Source of the DNA: an uncultured delta proteobacterium
GTDB lineage: Bacteria; Desulfobacterota; Desulfomonilia; UBA1062
DNA: 64,000 nucleotides
Direction: 5' to 3'
NCBI GenBank assembly: GCA_963752595.1
Contig: CAVVYZ010000030.1
Span: forward strand, 1 to 64,000
Positions 52,030 through 62,345 of this stretch are shown one piece after another. The position numbers were made by a program, and so were the translations under genes. Numbering within the stretch: position 1 is the first letter of the stretch; the number at the start of each line of letters is the position of its first letter. The notes under the pieces are model-generated. The model had not been told where the DNA came from, did not search any database, and saw only the letters and a list, made by a program, of their open reading frames with translations.

Positions 52030-52371
52030 CTTGACCGCCTCATATGTTATTACGTTCCCTATCGACCGGTTCCGCAGAAATATCAAAAGCAGCAGGGAAC
52101 CTTTTTCCCTGAATGCGTTACTATACCATAACCTGAACCCGGACAATATCACTTCCTATGGAATAGCTGGAAATCGATCATGCAATGGGCTTGGTGCAGT
52201 GCGATTTTTTTGAATTATAGGGTATTCATTGCCGTGAAAGTTACAGCATTGGCTGCTGCAGGGAGCGCGCATTTTTTTAAGCAGGTCAATTCTTCCTAGC
52301 CGGTGGCCGGCAGGGCGGTCGTAAGGAGGTGCATGTGTCAATCGCCTGCCCCTCGGGCAGCAGCGCCTAGC

Positions 52372-53088
52372 TTAAAACCCGCTCCGAATAATGCCGAAGA
52401 CCGGAATCTTTAGCACAGGGGATGTTTTGCTGTTTGTCTGGAGATAGATGTTGTCAATATACCAGCCCTTGTCTTGTTTTAGATTATATACGGTCAACTG
52501 GTATTTGATACCGTCCGGCTGATTCATTTCAACCAGGTCGTAGCGTATATTGTCTCCTTTTTCAGCCCTCGTTCCCAAGACTTTAAAAGGGTTTTCGTTT
52601 GTGGAAGCTATCGTCAGCATCTGCTTTATTTCCTGACCGGCATTGCCGGTCAGCTTTGCCTCGGCTGGATTTATGCGGGCAAACGGTTTTACTTCGCCCG
52701 AAATAACCAGGCTGAACTCCGGCTTCTTTTTGTCATTTGTCCGGACGACCATGGTTTTTGAAATATGCTGCCCGCTATAGCCGCTTGTATCCAGCTCAAT
52801 GGCTATTTTCCCCTCACCTCCGGCAGGGATCCGCTTCGGGTAAGAGACTGTCGTGCACCCGCAGTCCGGTTTCACTTCCATGAGGTCGAGAGCGGATTCC
52901 CCTTTATTCAGCACGGCAAAGTCATGCCGCACTTCCTGTCCATCGACGACGGGTGAAAACTCAAAGGTTTCCTCCGGTACATAGACCTGAGGCGAAGCCG
53001 GTGTTTTTGTCCCGTCATGGTGAGAGCGGAACCAGAAAAAGATGATGAAAAAAAGAAGTACAAAAACCGCAATAAATTTTGTTTTCAT
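52372..53088 (-). CDS. DUF1573-domain (Ig-like) protein
   Basis: HDFAVLNKG, VKPDCGCT, IPAGGEGKI, VRTND. Confidence 0.85.
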   Translation of the reverse strand: MKTKFIAVFVLLFFIIFFWFRSHHDGTKTPASPQVYVPEETFEFSPVVDGQEVRHDFAVLNKGESALDLMEVKPDCGCTTVSYPKRIPAGGEGKIAIELDTSGYSGQHISKTMVVRTNDKKKPEFSLVISGEVKPFARINPAEAKLTGNAGQEIKQMLTIASTNENPFKVLGTRAEKGDNIRYDLVEMNQPDGIKYQLTVYNLKQDKGWYIDNIYLQTNSKTSPVLKIPVFGIIRSGF

Positions 53089-53161
53089 TTTATCGCGTGG
53101 ACGTGCAGATAATATAAACCCAGGCTGTTTTCACGAGATCGAATTCACTTTAGGTAAAGAT

Positions 53162-53200
53162 TTATCCACAAAAAGATCATTTGGAACAGCCTTATCCACC
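53162..53200 (+). promoter_or_regulatory. Two DnaA-box-like sites
   Basis: TTATCCACA (53162-53170) and TTATCCACC (53192-53200). Confidence 0.35.
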
Positions 53201-53206
53201 TTGGAT

Positions 53207-54217
53207 TCAATTTCTCCCATATATGTGGGGCCTCTTGAACCGGAAGAAATTATCTTTTTCCTCGAGCTCGATTGTTTTTGCTTCATCCTGGAAATACTGC
53301 TCTCTGAGTGATTTTAGCTTCTCTCCCCGTTCCGGTTCTTCGGATTCCTGTACGATTTCTTCGCGTTTCTGCATATATTTCAGACCGATTTCCCAGCGCC
53401 GTTCATTATCTGCATCCCGCTTTGCCAGCGTTTCAACCTGATCCTCAGGGAATCCCATTTTCCTTCGAATGTCGTTAATCTCCATCTGGCGCTGACCGGG
53501 GCTCAACTGTTTCAGTTCATTCTGGACAGAGTCGATGCTGAAGAAGACTTTGGAGAGGATATAATTCTGGTCCAGGATAAATTCTTCCGGAGAGCCTTTA
53601 TAGGTATCACGGAGAGTTCCCTGATACACATCAAGTTTCTCATCGATGGTCGTATCATCTGATTTATTCAAAACGGCAAGGGTATCCTGCACTTTTAACT
53701 TTCTCGTCTCCGTTGCCAGCATCTCGCCCGACCATATTTTCTCTGCGTCATCTCCGAAAAGTTCCCTTCTCTTTGCCCATAAGGCGGCAGCCCTCTCCGT
53801 GGCTGTCATCCGTACAAGCATTTTTTTGTTATCGTCAAGCCAGAGATTGTACTGGTCCATTTTGCCGAGTGTTTCCAAAATCTCATGGGCATAATCCGGA
53901 AATGCCCGCGTGAGGATGGTATAAAACAAAGCTTTCCCGTTCGCCGGGTAAGTGCCCAGAATATAATCCCTTATCCCGATAAGGCTCGCTTGAGTGCTCT
54001 TTTCCGATATGGTTTTGCCGTAGTACTTCTTCAATTGGCCGACCATCTGGTCAATGAAGGCATCATTTTGGGCAGGCAGAGGTTGAGATCTTCCCGTCTC
54101 CTGCTGGGTGATATTCAGGGCAGGCTTGTCATCCGCATCACGGGTGATGAAAAAATAACAAACACTGGCGGCAAGTACTAATGCAGCTATGCCGAGTGCG
54201 CCGGTTAATTTTTTCAT
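53207..54217 (-). CDS. Membrane-anchored helical protein resembling lipase-specific foldase (Lif)
   Basis: N-terminal TM, linker, RRELFG, C-terminal RRKMGFPEDQVETLAKRD...W...YMQKREEI...LKSLREQYF. Confidence 0.55.
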   Translation of the reverse strand: MKKLTGALGIAALVLAASVCYFFITRDADDKPALNITQQETGRSQPLPAQNDAFIDQMVGQLKKYYGKTISEKSTQASLIGIRDYILGTYPANGKALFYTILTRAFPDYAHEILETLGKMDQYNLWLDDNKKMLVRMTATERAAALWAKRRELFGDDAEKIWSGEMLATETRKLKVQDTLAVLNKSDDTTIDEKLDVYQGTLRDTYKGSPEEFILDQNYILSKVFFSIDSVQNELKQLSPGQRQMEINDIRRKMGFPEDQVETLAKRDADNERRWEIGLKYMQKREEIVQESEEPERGEKLKSLREQYFQDEAKTIELEEKDNFFRFKRPHIYGRN

Positions 54218-54452
54218 GTTATTCTTCATAGATGATTTTATCTCCGACTATGTACAAATTATCAATCAAATTATGCATCATTGTTATCCGTATATGAGGT
54301 GCGGCGATGTATCGTTTTACCGACACGGAGGGAGCGAAGCCCATGGACGGATTAATTGCCCTTTTGAATGTAAAAAGGTTCGAAACCAATATAAATGCAT
54401 GCACCCAAAGAGGGATATAAGAGAACGTTTACCGGCATCTGCAAGGAAGGGC

Positions 54453-54482
54453 CACGGAAGCTTTTTTAAGAGCTCTTCCGTG
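54453..54482 (-). terminator. Hairpin just after SGNH gene
   Basis: CACGGAAG / CTTCCGTG 8-bp stem. Confidence 0.5.
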
Positions 54483-54495
54483 ACCCTAAGATTAC

Positions 54496-55242
54496 TTACA
54501 GAAGAGGCTGAAGTATTGCCCAGATCCGTTGTGCAAGCTTATATGATCCCGAATCATTGGGATGGACACCGTCGATGATGATATCGGAGTTGACTATGTA
54601 CGGCCGCGGATCGATAAATACACGATAATTGGGAGCAGCAGTTGCATTCTGGACTGCCAGTGCAAGCTTTGTGTCCCCATAATCGACTGCTTTGTTCAAT
54701 GACGTGCTTCCGAAGATACCGTTTTTCACATGATAATAGCCCTGATAGATGATGTTCTGCACGCCGTCTCTGCCCATCTGGTTCAGCAGATTCACTGCAT
54801 CCACGTATACATCGTTTATCAGAGACTTACATGACGACGATAGCCCTGATTCCCACCAGTCGACTTTGCAATTGTAAGGATCAAATACGATGGCAGGGAT
54901 CAGAATCTCATTGCCTCCTCCGTCCATGAAGATAGTCTGGATGTAGGGATGATCGCTTTTTGCTGTGGCATACTGCATGTTGACATCAGGAGTAATGGAA
55001 TCGCCGCCTGTAATCGTAGCGCCCGACTTACTGTACCGGCGGAAGGTCTGGCCTGACCAGCTCTGCAGATTATCATGGATCTTGCCGGACAGCGCATAAA
55101 TGGAGTCTCCCAGGTTCACCACATCGTTGCGGCTCGCATTCCGTATCCATGAGACGCTGAAGATCCCACACGCGGATACCAGTGAAGATAAGAGTAATAC
55201 CACAATGAAGCGAGCAAACAGCCCTGATGTAAATCTTTTCAT
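54496..55242 (-). CDS. SGNH/GDSL hydrolase lipoprotein
   Basis: Lipobox LVSAC; blocks LGDSI, SGAT, GGGNE, DGVHPN; SD AGGAGG. Confidence 0.88.
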   Translation of the reverse strand: MKRFTSGLFARFIVVLLLSSLVSACGIFSVSWIRNASRNDVVNLGDSIYALSGKIHDNLQSWSGQTFRRYSKSGATITGGDSITPDVNMQYATAKSDHPYIQTIFMDGGGNEILIPAIVFDPYNCKVDWWESGLSSSCKSLINDVYVDAVNLLNQMGRDGVQNIIYQGYYHVKNGIFGSTSLNKAVDYGDTKLALAVQNATAAPNYRVFIDPRPYIVNSDIIIDGVHPNDSGSYKLAQRIWAILQPLL

Positions 55243-55547
55243 ATTACCTCCTTCTCTTTTAAATTTTTTAAACCCTAAAGAAATCAAACCGATTACGTGG
55301 CAGAACTCCAACCGTGTTTTCTTTCCTCTGGGATTCAAAGTAAAACTATAACAAGTGGATATACTATTGACTTATTAGTATATACAATACTAATTAATAT
55401 AAGTACTAATTGTTGTCAATAAAAACCTGTCTAGGAAATTTAATTCCTTAAAGAATTTGCACGGCAAGAATGTCAGGGATTGATTCTATTTTTGTGCGGC
55501 AGGATACTCCCTTGATCGCTTCAAGGAATGAATGCCGTAGTGGCTTA

Positions 55548-56432
55548 TCAGAGAAACTGATCGGCAACCCAGGACGGTATCTGCATGCCGCCCAGTATCG
55601 CGGGCTGCTGGTGGCAGTCGGACCCGCCGGTTGCAATCAGGTCTTCCCTCTTTATAAAGGCGACATAGGTCTTTGTGGCGGTCCTGTTGTGGCGCGTATG
55701 CCAGCACTCGATGCCGTCAATGAAGTCCATCATGGTTTCCCGGATTATGGTCGGGTGCTGTGAGATGTCAGGACTCAGGGCGATGAGGGAGGTCCCGTTG
55801 CTATCGCCGGGATGTGCGAGGACGATCCTTCCGCCTGCGTTTCTGATGAGCGTCGATGCTTCCTCCAGGCTGAAACGCATCTTCGGCACATCACATTTCA
55901 CGAGGTATTTATCAAAGGCCTCCTGCTTGTCCTTCACGATGCCCCTTCTGATGAGGTATCGTGCAATATGGGGACGGGCGAGCGACCCGTCGGCATAGGC
56001 CTGGATTGCCTCCATATCCTCGGGGGTAAATTCAGGAATGCCGGTCTTGCGGAGTTCCGTATTGATCTTTTCAAGGATTTTTCCTGCACGGTGGATCCTG
56101 TAGTCCTGCAGTTGCTCGAGCTTTTCTATAAGTGCGGCATTGTGTATATCAAACCCGTAGCCAAGGAAATCCAGGGGGACTTCTTTGCCTTCCCGGTAAT
56201 CGGGATGAGAAAAGGTGATATTGAGCTCCACACCGGTTATAAAGCGCATGCCGTACGCTTGGGCGAGCTCAATTGAGCGCTCCTGAGCGGCAATGGAGTC
56301 ATGGTCCGTGATGGAAATGAGCCCGACCGACCTGTGATCAGCCTCGGCAAAGATATCTTCCACATCCCATCTGCCGTCCGAGCCGTTTTTGGTATGAATG
56401 TGAAGATCGATGTTTATCGAATCATATTCCAT
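55548..56432 (-). CDS. PHP-domain phosphoesterase (YciV/TrpH-like), second paralog
   Basis: DLHIHT, SDG, ITDHD, GVEL, RPHIA, LAHPG, GGSDCH. Confidence 0.88.
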   Translation of the reverse strand: MEYDSINIDLHIHTKNGSDGRWDVEDIFAEADHRSVGLISITDHDSIAAQERSIELAQAYGMRFITGVELNITFSHPDYREGKEVPLDFLGYGFDIHNAALIEKLEQLQDYRIHRAGKILEKINTELRKTGIPEFTPEDMEAIQAYADGSLARPHIARYLIRRGIVKDKQEAFDKYLVKCDVPKMRFSLEEASTLIRNAGGRIVLAHPGDSNGTSLIALSPDISQHPTIIRETMMDFIDGIECWHTRHNRTATKTYVAFIKREDLIATGGSDCHQQPAILGGMQIPSWVADQFL

Positions 56433-56603
56433 ACACAAGATCATAGTATTTCTTTGCATGCTCTGGAACAGCCATTTTTAAAAACCTTTTTGGAGCCTTG
56501 AATCCACCGGCAACCTTAATGACGTGCGTACAGAAGGCGAATACTCAGGATATGGCTGATCCATCCTGGTTTTGCGCGGTATGCATCCGGGATCATGAGC
56601 TGC

Positions 56604-57635
56604 TCAACGAGCCTCCTGCCCGTCATGAATAACCCTTCCGGCGAGCTGGCCGCAGGCGGCCAGGATATCTTTCCCCTTTTCCCTGCGCAGCATGACGGCA
56701 TAGGGGGAATCTTTCAGCACCTCTTCGAAGGCCAGGACCGCCCCCGGGTCCGGTGCCTCAAGGTGACAGCCCGGCCAGGGATTGAAAGGGATAAGGTTCA
56801 CCTTGACCTTGAGCCCGTGGAGGATGCGGATAAGCTCTCGGGCATCGCGGATACGGTCGTTTACCCCTTTAATCAGGACATACTCGATGGTGATCCTCCT
56901 GCGGTTGGGAAGCTGGTATGCTTTCAGCGCACCGAGGAGTTCTTCCAGGGGATATTTTTTCGTGACGGGCATGATCTCTCCCCGTATCTCGCTGGACGGG
57001 GCATTGAGCGATACGGCCAGGGCGGTCTCGGTATCCTTCCACAGCGCGGTCAGCTTGGGAAGGATGCCGCAGGTGGAAAGGGTGATCCGCCTCTTGGAGA
57101 ACTGAGGGCCTTCCTTGTCGGTAAGGATGCGGATGGTCCGGATGACGTTGTCATAGTTGAGCAGCGGTTCCCCCATACCCATGAAAACGATGTTTCTGAT
57201 CTGCCTGTCCGGATAGGCGCTTAAGGGGGAGAGCACCTGGGCGACTATCTCGGAGACGGCTAGGTTGCGTTTGAACCCCATGGTTGCGGTAAAACAGAAC
57301 ACGCACCCCATGGCGCACCCCACCTGGGAGGAGATGCAGAGGCTGTAATGCTCCTTTTCCGGCATGAGAACGCTTTCGATGACATGGCCGTCATGGAGCC
57401 TGTAGGCGAGCTTCTCCGTGCCGTCCGAAGAAACTTCTGTTCGGACGAGCTCCGGATAGGAAATGACCGCCTTCTCGGACAGCTCCTGTCTGAACTGTTT
57501 CGAAAGGTTTGTCATCTCGCTTATATCCCGGACTGCCTTTCCGAACACCCAGCTGAATATCTGGCTGCCGCGGTAAGGCCTGTCGCTGAACAGGCCCTTC
57601 ATCTGCTCTTTGTCAAAATCGAGAAGATTGATCAT
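56604..57635 (-). CDS. rlmN: Dual-specificity RNA methyltransferase (radical SAM)
   Basis: CISSQVGCAMGCVFC, VFMGMGEP, EYVLI, NLIPFN, AACGQL. Confidence 0.97.
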   Translation of the reverse strand: MINLLDFDKEQMKGLFSDRPYRGSQIFSWVFGKAVRDISEMTNLSKQFRQELSEKAVISYPELVRTEVSSDGTEKLAYRLHDGHVIESVLMPEKEHYSLCISSQVGCAMGCVFCFTATMGFKRNLAVSEIVAQVLSPLSAYPDRQIRNIVFMGMGEPLLNYDNVIRTIRILTDKEGPQFSKRRITLSTCGILPKLTALWKDTETALAVSLNAPSSEIRGEIMPVTKKYPLEELLGALKAYQLPNRRRITIEYVLIKGVNDRIRDARELIRILHGLKVKVNLIPFNPWPGCHLEAPDPGAVLAFEEVLKDSPYAVMLRREKGKDILAACGQLAGRVIHDGQEAR

Positions 57636-57644
57636 GGTGGGATC

Positions 57645-57673
57645 ATCCTATGAAGTATGGATATAAAATGCAA
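57645..57673 (-). promoter_or_regulatory. Sigma-70 promoter candidate for rlmN
   Basis: TTGCAT-N17-TAGGAT, 9 nt from the ATG. Confidence 0.45.
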
Positions 57674-57705
57674 GGGTGGATGAAGTGATCTTATAGATAA
57701 GGAAA

Positions 57706-57779
57706 TGCGCCCGACAGGAATCGAACCTGTGGCCTTAGGCTCCGGAGGCCTACGCTCTATCCAACTGAGCTACGGGCGC
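57706..57779 (-). tRNA. tRNA-Arg(CCG), CCA not encoded
   Basis: GCGCCCG acceptor stem, TAGCTCAGTTGGATAGAGC D-arm, TAGGC-CTCCGGA-GCCTA anticodon arm, GGTTCGATTCC T-arm. Confidence 0.97.
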
Positions 57780-57791
57780 ACACTCATTCAT

Positions 57792-58993
57792 TTAATTCTT
57801 GCTTACCAAATGCTTGACAGCCTTTTCCAATCCTCCAGCGTTATCTCGAACATGGGGAATATCTCCCCGATGGCCTCGATGGTCAGAGTGTGCGACCATA
57901 TCGATGCGTATTTCGGGTTGAGCCATACACTATGTTTGAATGTCTTTGCAAGATATTCCAGTCTTTTTATGCTGGGTTCGCCGGACTGGGTTCCGTAGTA
58001 GATGCTCCCGTTCCGGCTGAAGAGCTCGTAGGGCGCCATGGAGGCATCGCCCACGATGATGAGCCGGGTCTCCGGGTCGAAGCGGCGAGAATTCCTCCGA
58101 GGAAAACCGGTTTGAACTGCCGGGAGGAGTCTTCCCACACCCGGGAATAGATGGTGTTGTGGAAGTAGAAAATCTTGAGGTCCTTGAACTGGGTCTTCGC
58201 ATGGTTGAACAGCACCTGGACCACATTGATGTAGGGGTCCATGGAGAATCCGCCGTTGTCGATCATGAGGATGACCTTGAGCTTGTCCTTCAGAGAGCGG
58301 TCGAAGACGATCTCGATCTCGCCTGCATTCTTCATGGTCTCATAGATGGTCTTTTCGATATTCAGGCTGTCCTTGGGCCCGAGGGCATCATGTGGCGGAG
58401 CTTTTTCATGGCGTCCGAGATCTGGGCCGGCCCGAGGCGTGTGTCCTCGGTGTAGTCCTTGTACCGCCTTTCCAGTGGCGACCTTCACCGCGGACTTGTT
58501 GCTGCGACGGCCGCCGACGCGCATGCCCCCGGGATGGTAGCCCGAATGCCCCACCGGCGAGGTGCCGCCCGTGCCGATCCATCGGTTGCCTCCGTCATGC
58601 CGCTCGGTCTGGTCTTTGAGCCGCTGCCTGAAGTATTCTTCGAGTTCCTCGGGGGTGAGCTTTGCGAGCTTCTCCTCGTCGATGCCCAGGAATTCCGCCA
58701 TCATCTCCGGGTCCTTGCAGCCATTCATCGAGCATGGCCTGGATGGCGAGGTCGATCTCGTCGCCCAGGTCCCCGGTCAGCTCGGCCCCTTTGAAGTAGT
58801 GGGCAAACACCCGGTCATAGATGTCGAAATGGCGCTCGGTCTTGACCATCACGCGCCCGGGACACGAAGTACAAATCGTCAAGGGAGCGGATGAGCCCCT
58901 TATGCAGGGCCTCCTGAAGGCGGAGGAACCCTTGGGCGAGATGGGCAGGCCCTTTGTCCCTAAGAGATAGAAAAATTCGTGAACATGGTTCAC
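57792..58993 (-). CDS. VWA-domain CoxE-like protein, multiply frameshifted
   Basis: HDGGNRWIGTGGTSP, MIDNGGFSM, YFHN, VGDASMAPYEL, VWLNP. Confidence 0.85.
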
Positions 58994-59842
58994 TCAGTCC
59001 TTACCGGTATGATCCCCCGAGTCTGCCTCTGGAGGATCTTATAGTCCTCGCTCTTCTTGAACAGCACGCCGAGGAAGGGGATGTCGTTCTTGGAAAGGTG
59101 CTTCGGGTCGAAATTCTTGTCCATGATGCAGGATCCTGATCCAGTTGATGAGCTCCCTGGTGGCCGGCTTCTTCTCGATGCCGCGGATGTTCCGCAGCCG
59201 GTAGAAGGTCTCGATGCAGGCATCGGACACCTTCTTGTCCAGGTCGGGGAAGTGGGCGTGCACGATCTGGTTCATCATCTCCTGGTCCGGGAAGGCGATG
59301 TGGTGGAACACGCACCTGCCCAGGAACGGGTCGGAGAGGTCTTTCTTGGCATTGGAGGTGATGATGATGATGGGCCTGTTCTTGGCCCGGACGGTCTTGT
59401 CGATCTCGATGATGTCGAAGGACATCTGGTCCAGCACGTCCAGCAGGTCGTCCTGGAAGTCGGTGTCCGCCTTGTCGATCTCGTCGATGAGGAGGACCAC
59501 CTTGTTGTCCGGCTGCGAAGGCCTGGCCGATCTTGCCCATCTTGATGTAGTGCTCGATATTGCTCACATCGCGGCTGGAATCGCCGAACCGGCTGTCGTT
59601 GAGCCGGGTGAGGGTGTCGTACTGGTAGAGGGCCTCGATGGCCTTCATGCTCGATTTCACATTGAGGATGATCAGGGGCATCTTCAGATTTTCCGCAATG
59701 GCATGCGCCAGCAGGGTCTTGCCCGTGCCCGGCTCGCCCTTGATGAGCAGAGGCATCTCGAGCTTGATGCTCGCATTCACGATCTTCGAGAGCTCGGGGT
59801 CGAGCACGTAGATTTGGTGCCGGTAAAGGTGTATTGTTCCAT
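58990..59842 (-). CDS. MoxR-family AAA+ ATPase, frameshifted
   Basis: GEPGTGKT Walker A, LLIDEIDKAD Walker B, ITSN, FLGRC, TRELINW. Confidence 0.9.
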
Positions 59843-60014
59843 GGTCATACTCCTAAAGGTAAGAAATGTTTTTTGCTTTTTCCATACCATACAATATGAA
59901 GGCGTAATGCTCGGAAGAGGCGAAGGCACAATCCCGAACCATGCTACGGTCGATTGACTGATGAAGATGTTTTCGTTACAGAGTAATGGCATTGGTTCAT
60001 AAAGGAGATCTCGT

Positions 60015-60870
60015 TTGGGGAGTAACGAAGAAGTCAAGAACAAAGGAACTTTCTGAAGCGCCTCTGGTCTCTCTCTCCGGGGAGAGAGCCGGCACGGACA
60101 CAAAAAGAGCAGATCGAGAAGATCCTCGATGAGGTGGAGGAGAAAGGGTTCATCGACGAAGACCAGGGTGAGATGATCCACAATATCCTCGTGCTCAAGG
60201 ATACAGCGGTGAGCGAGATCATGGTCCCCAAAGGCGATATCGTTGCCCTGCCGAGCACGGTCGACCATGGACGAGCTGGTCCGGGTCTTCATGAAGGAAG
60301 GATACTCCGGGTGCCCATCTACGAAGAGAACCTGGACAATATCATCGGCATCGTCTATGCGAAGGACATCCTGAAGTACTGGGACTGCGCGGACCAGGTC
60401 GACGGACATCAGGCTGCTGATGCACCCGCCCTATTTCGTCCCCGAAGGCAAGAAGCTCATGGACCTCCTCAAGGAGTTCAGGACGAACCGGCCCAAGATC
60501 GCCATCATCATCGACGAATACGGTAGCGTGGACGGCCTCATCACCATCGGCGACATCCTCGAGGAGATCGTGGGCGATATCATCGGGGAAGAGGGCAGGC
60601 CGAGGAAGAAGAGATCGTCCAGAAGGCGGCAGGCGTCTATATCCGTGGACCCTAAGATCCCCATCGATGAGTTTGCCGAGGAGTTCGAGATGGACATCCC
60701 CGAAGGGGATTACGATACCGTGGGCGGGTTCATCACCTTCCGCATGGAAAGGATCCCGAAACCCGGGGAAACCCTCGAATATCAGCGGCATCCTCTTCGA
60801 GATAGCGGAGTCGGACAAGAAAAGGATAACAAAACTCATCGTCCATGCCCCCTCGAGGAAGGAGGATTGA
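60015..60870 (+). CDS. CorC/HlyC-family CBS-domain protein, frameshifted
   Basis: SD AAGGAG plus TTG; VSEIMVP, YFVPE, IIDEYG...DILEEIVGDI, YDTVGG. Confidence 0.88.
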
Positions 60871-62343
60871 AGCAGCTGTACCTTGCCGTCCTGTCAGGCG
60901 TCCTCTACGCTGCTATCGTTCCCTCTGTACAGCCTGTGGCCCCTTGCCTGGGTCTGGGCCGTGCCCCTGCTCTTTCTCATGAAAGATGCGGAGCCGGCCA
61001 GGGCATTCCTTCTACGGGATGGTCGCCGGCCTGGTGGCATGGGGAGGAGTTCTCTACTGGATCGCCTACGTCATGAACACCTACGGCGGAATGGACCTGT
61101 TTCCTGCCTGCGTTCCTGCTCCTTCTGCTCATGGTTTACCTGTCGCTCTATTTCGGCGGCCTTCGCCTGGCTCGGCCGCAGGTTCATTCCTGCCAAGCTG
61201 GGCATTTCTCACCCTGCCGGGGGTCTGGATTCTCTTCGAGATCTTCGGGTCATATCTCATTTTTTCCGGTTTCCCCTGGGCGCTGCTCGGGTACAGTCCA
61301 GTCCCCTGGAAGTCATTTGTCCAGATCGCGGAGATCGGAGGCGTCTATCTCCTCGGCGGCATCGTGCTCATGGGCAATATGGCGATCTACAAGGCTGTGG
61401 AAGAAGGAGTTCCTACCTGTCTAGTGATCACCGTGCTGTTTGTCGCGGCCGTGCGCATTCGGGGCGAGTGGAGGATGGGCCATGAGTATCCGATAGAGAA
61501 GACCGTCAGGGCAGCGGTGGCCCAGGCCAATATCCCCCAGGACCGGAAATGGCCTCCGAAAAGGTGAACCCGACCATCGACACCTATGCAAGACTCACCC
61601 GGGAGGCTGTGAAACAGGGCGCCGAGGTCGTGGTCTGGCCCGAGACATCATGCCCGTTCTTTCTCTTTCTCGAATGGCCCTACACCTCCCGGATCCTTTC
61701 CCTGAGCAGGTCGGTCGATGCCAAGCTCGTGGTGGGCAGCCCTGCCTATGAAAACGATCGGTACTTCAACCGGATGTGGCTTCTGGAAAAGGGCAGGATC
61801 GGGGGCTCCTACGACAAGGTGCACCTCGTCCCCTTCGGCGAATACCTGCCGCTCGCCGATCTTCTCCGAAGCCGTTTTTCTCGGGGCTTACCAAGGAGGT
61901 GGGCGATTTCACCACTGCGCCGGAGGCCGAATCCCATCGGGGACATCGGGGTGCATGATCTGCTTCGAGAGCATCTTCCCGGACATGACCCGGGACCTTG
62001 CCACCATGGGGCGACCTGCTGGTGAATGCCTCCAACGACGCCTGGTTCAAGACCTGGTCGACACCCGAGCAGCTCCTCCAGATTGCGGCTTCAGGGCCAT
62101 CGAGAGCAGGCGTGGCTGCTCCGTCCGGTCAACCACGGGATTTCCGCCATCATCAATCCCGAAGGGCAGATCGTGCAAGCAGATCGGGCTGCTGAAAGAG
62201 GATGTTCATCACGGCGTGATATCACACCCAGCCGGACGCTCACGTTTTATACGAGATTCGGGCCCGTCATCGCCTTGGCCTGGGCGCGGACTTTCGCCAT
62301 TGCGGCATTGACAATATACAGATCAGGTGCTAAGGCCTCATGA
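60867..62343 (+). CDS. lnt: Apolipoprotein N-acyltransferase, frameshifted
   Basis: GFPWALLGY, QANIPQ, VVWPETS, YDKVHLVPFGEY, ICFES, SNDAWF. Confidence 0.92.
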
Positions 62344-62345
62344 CC

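Noticed and set aside
52372-53088. Selenocysteine in the DUF1573 protein
   Set aside because: The motif is encoded as Cys (DCGC) with no in-frame TGA
56516-56626. Short ORF overlapping the rlmN end (MTGRRLVEQLMIP...)
   Set aside because: About 36 codons with no recognisable homology or clear SD
57706-57779. tRNA-anchored integrative element
   Set aside because: No integrase and no duplicated tRNA 3-prime end seen in the window
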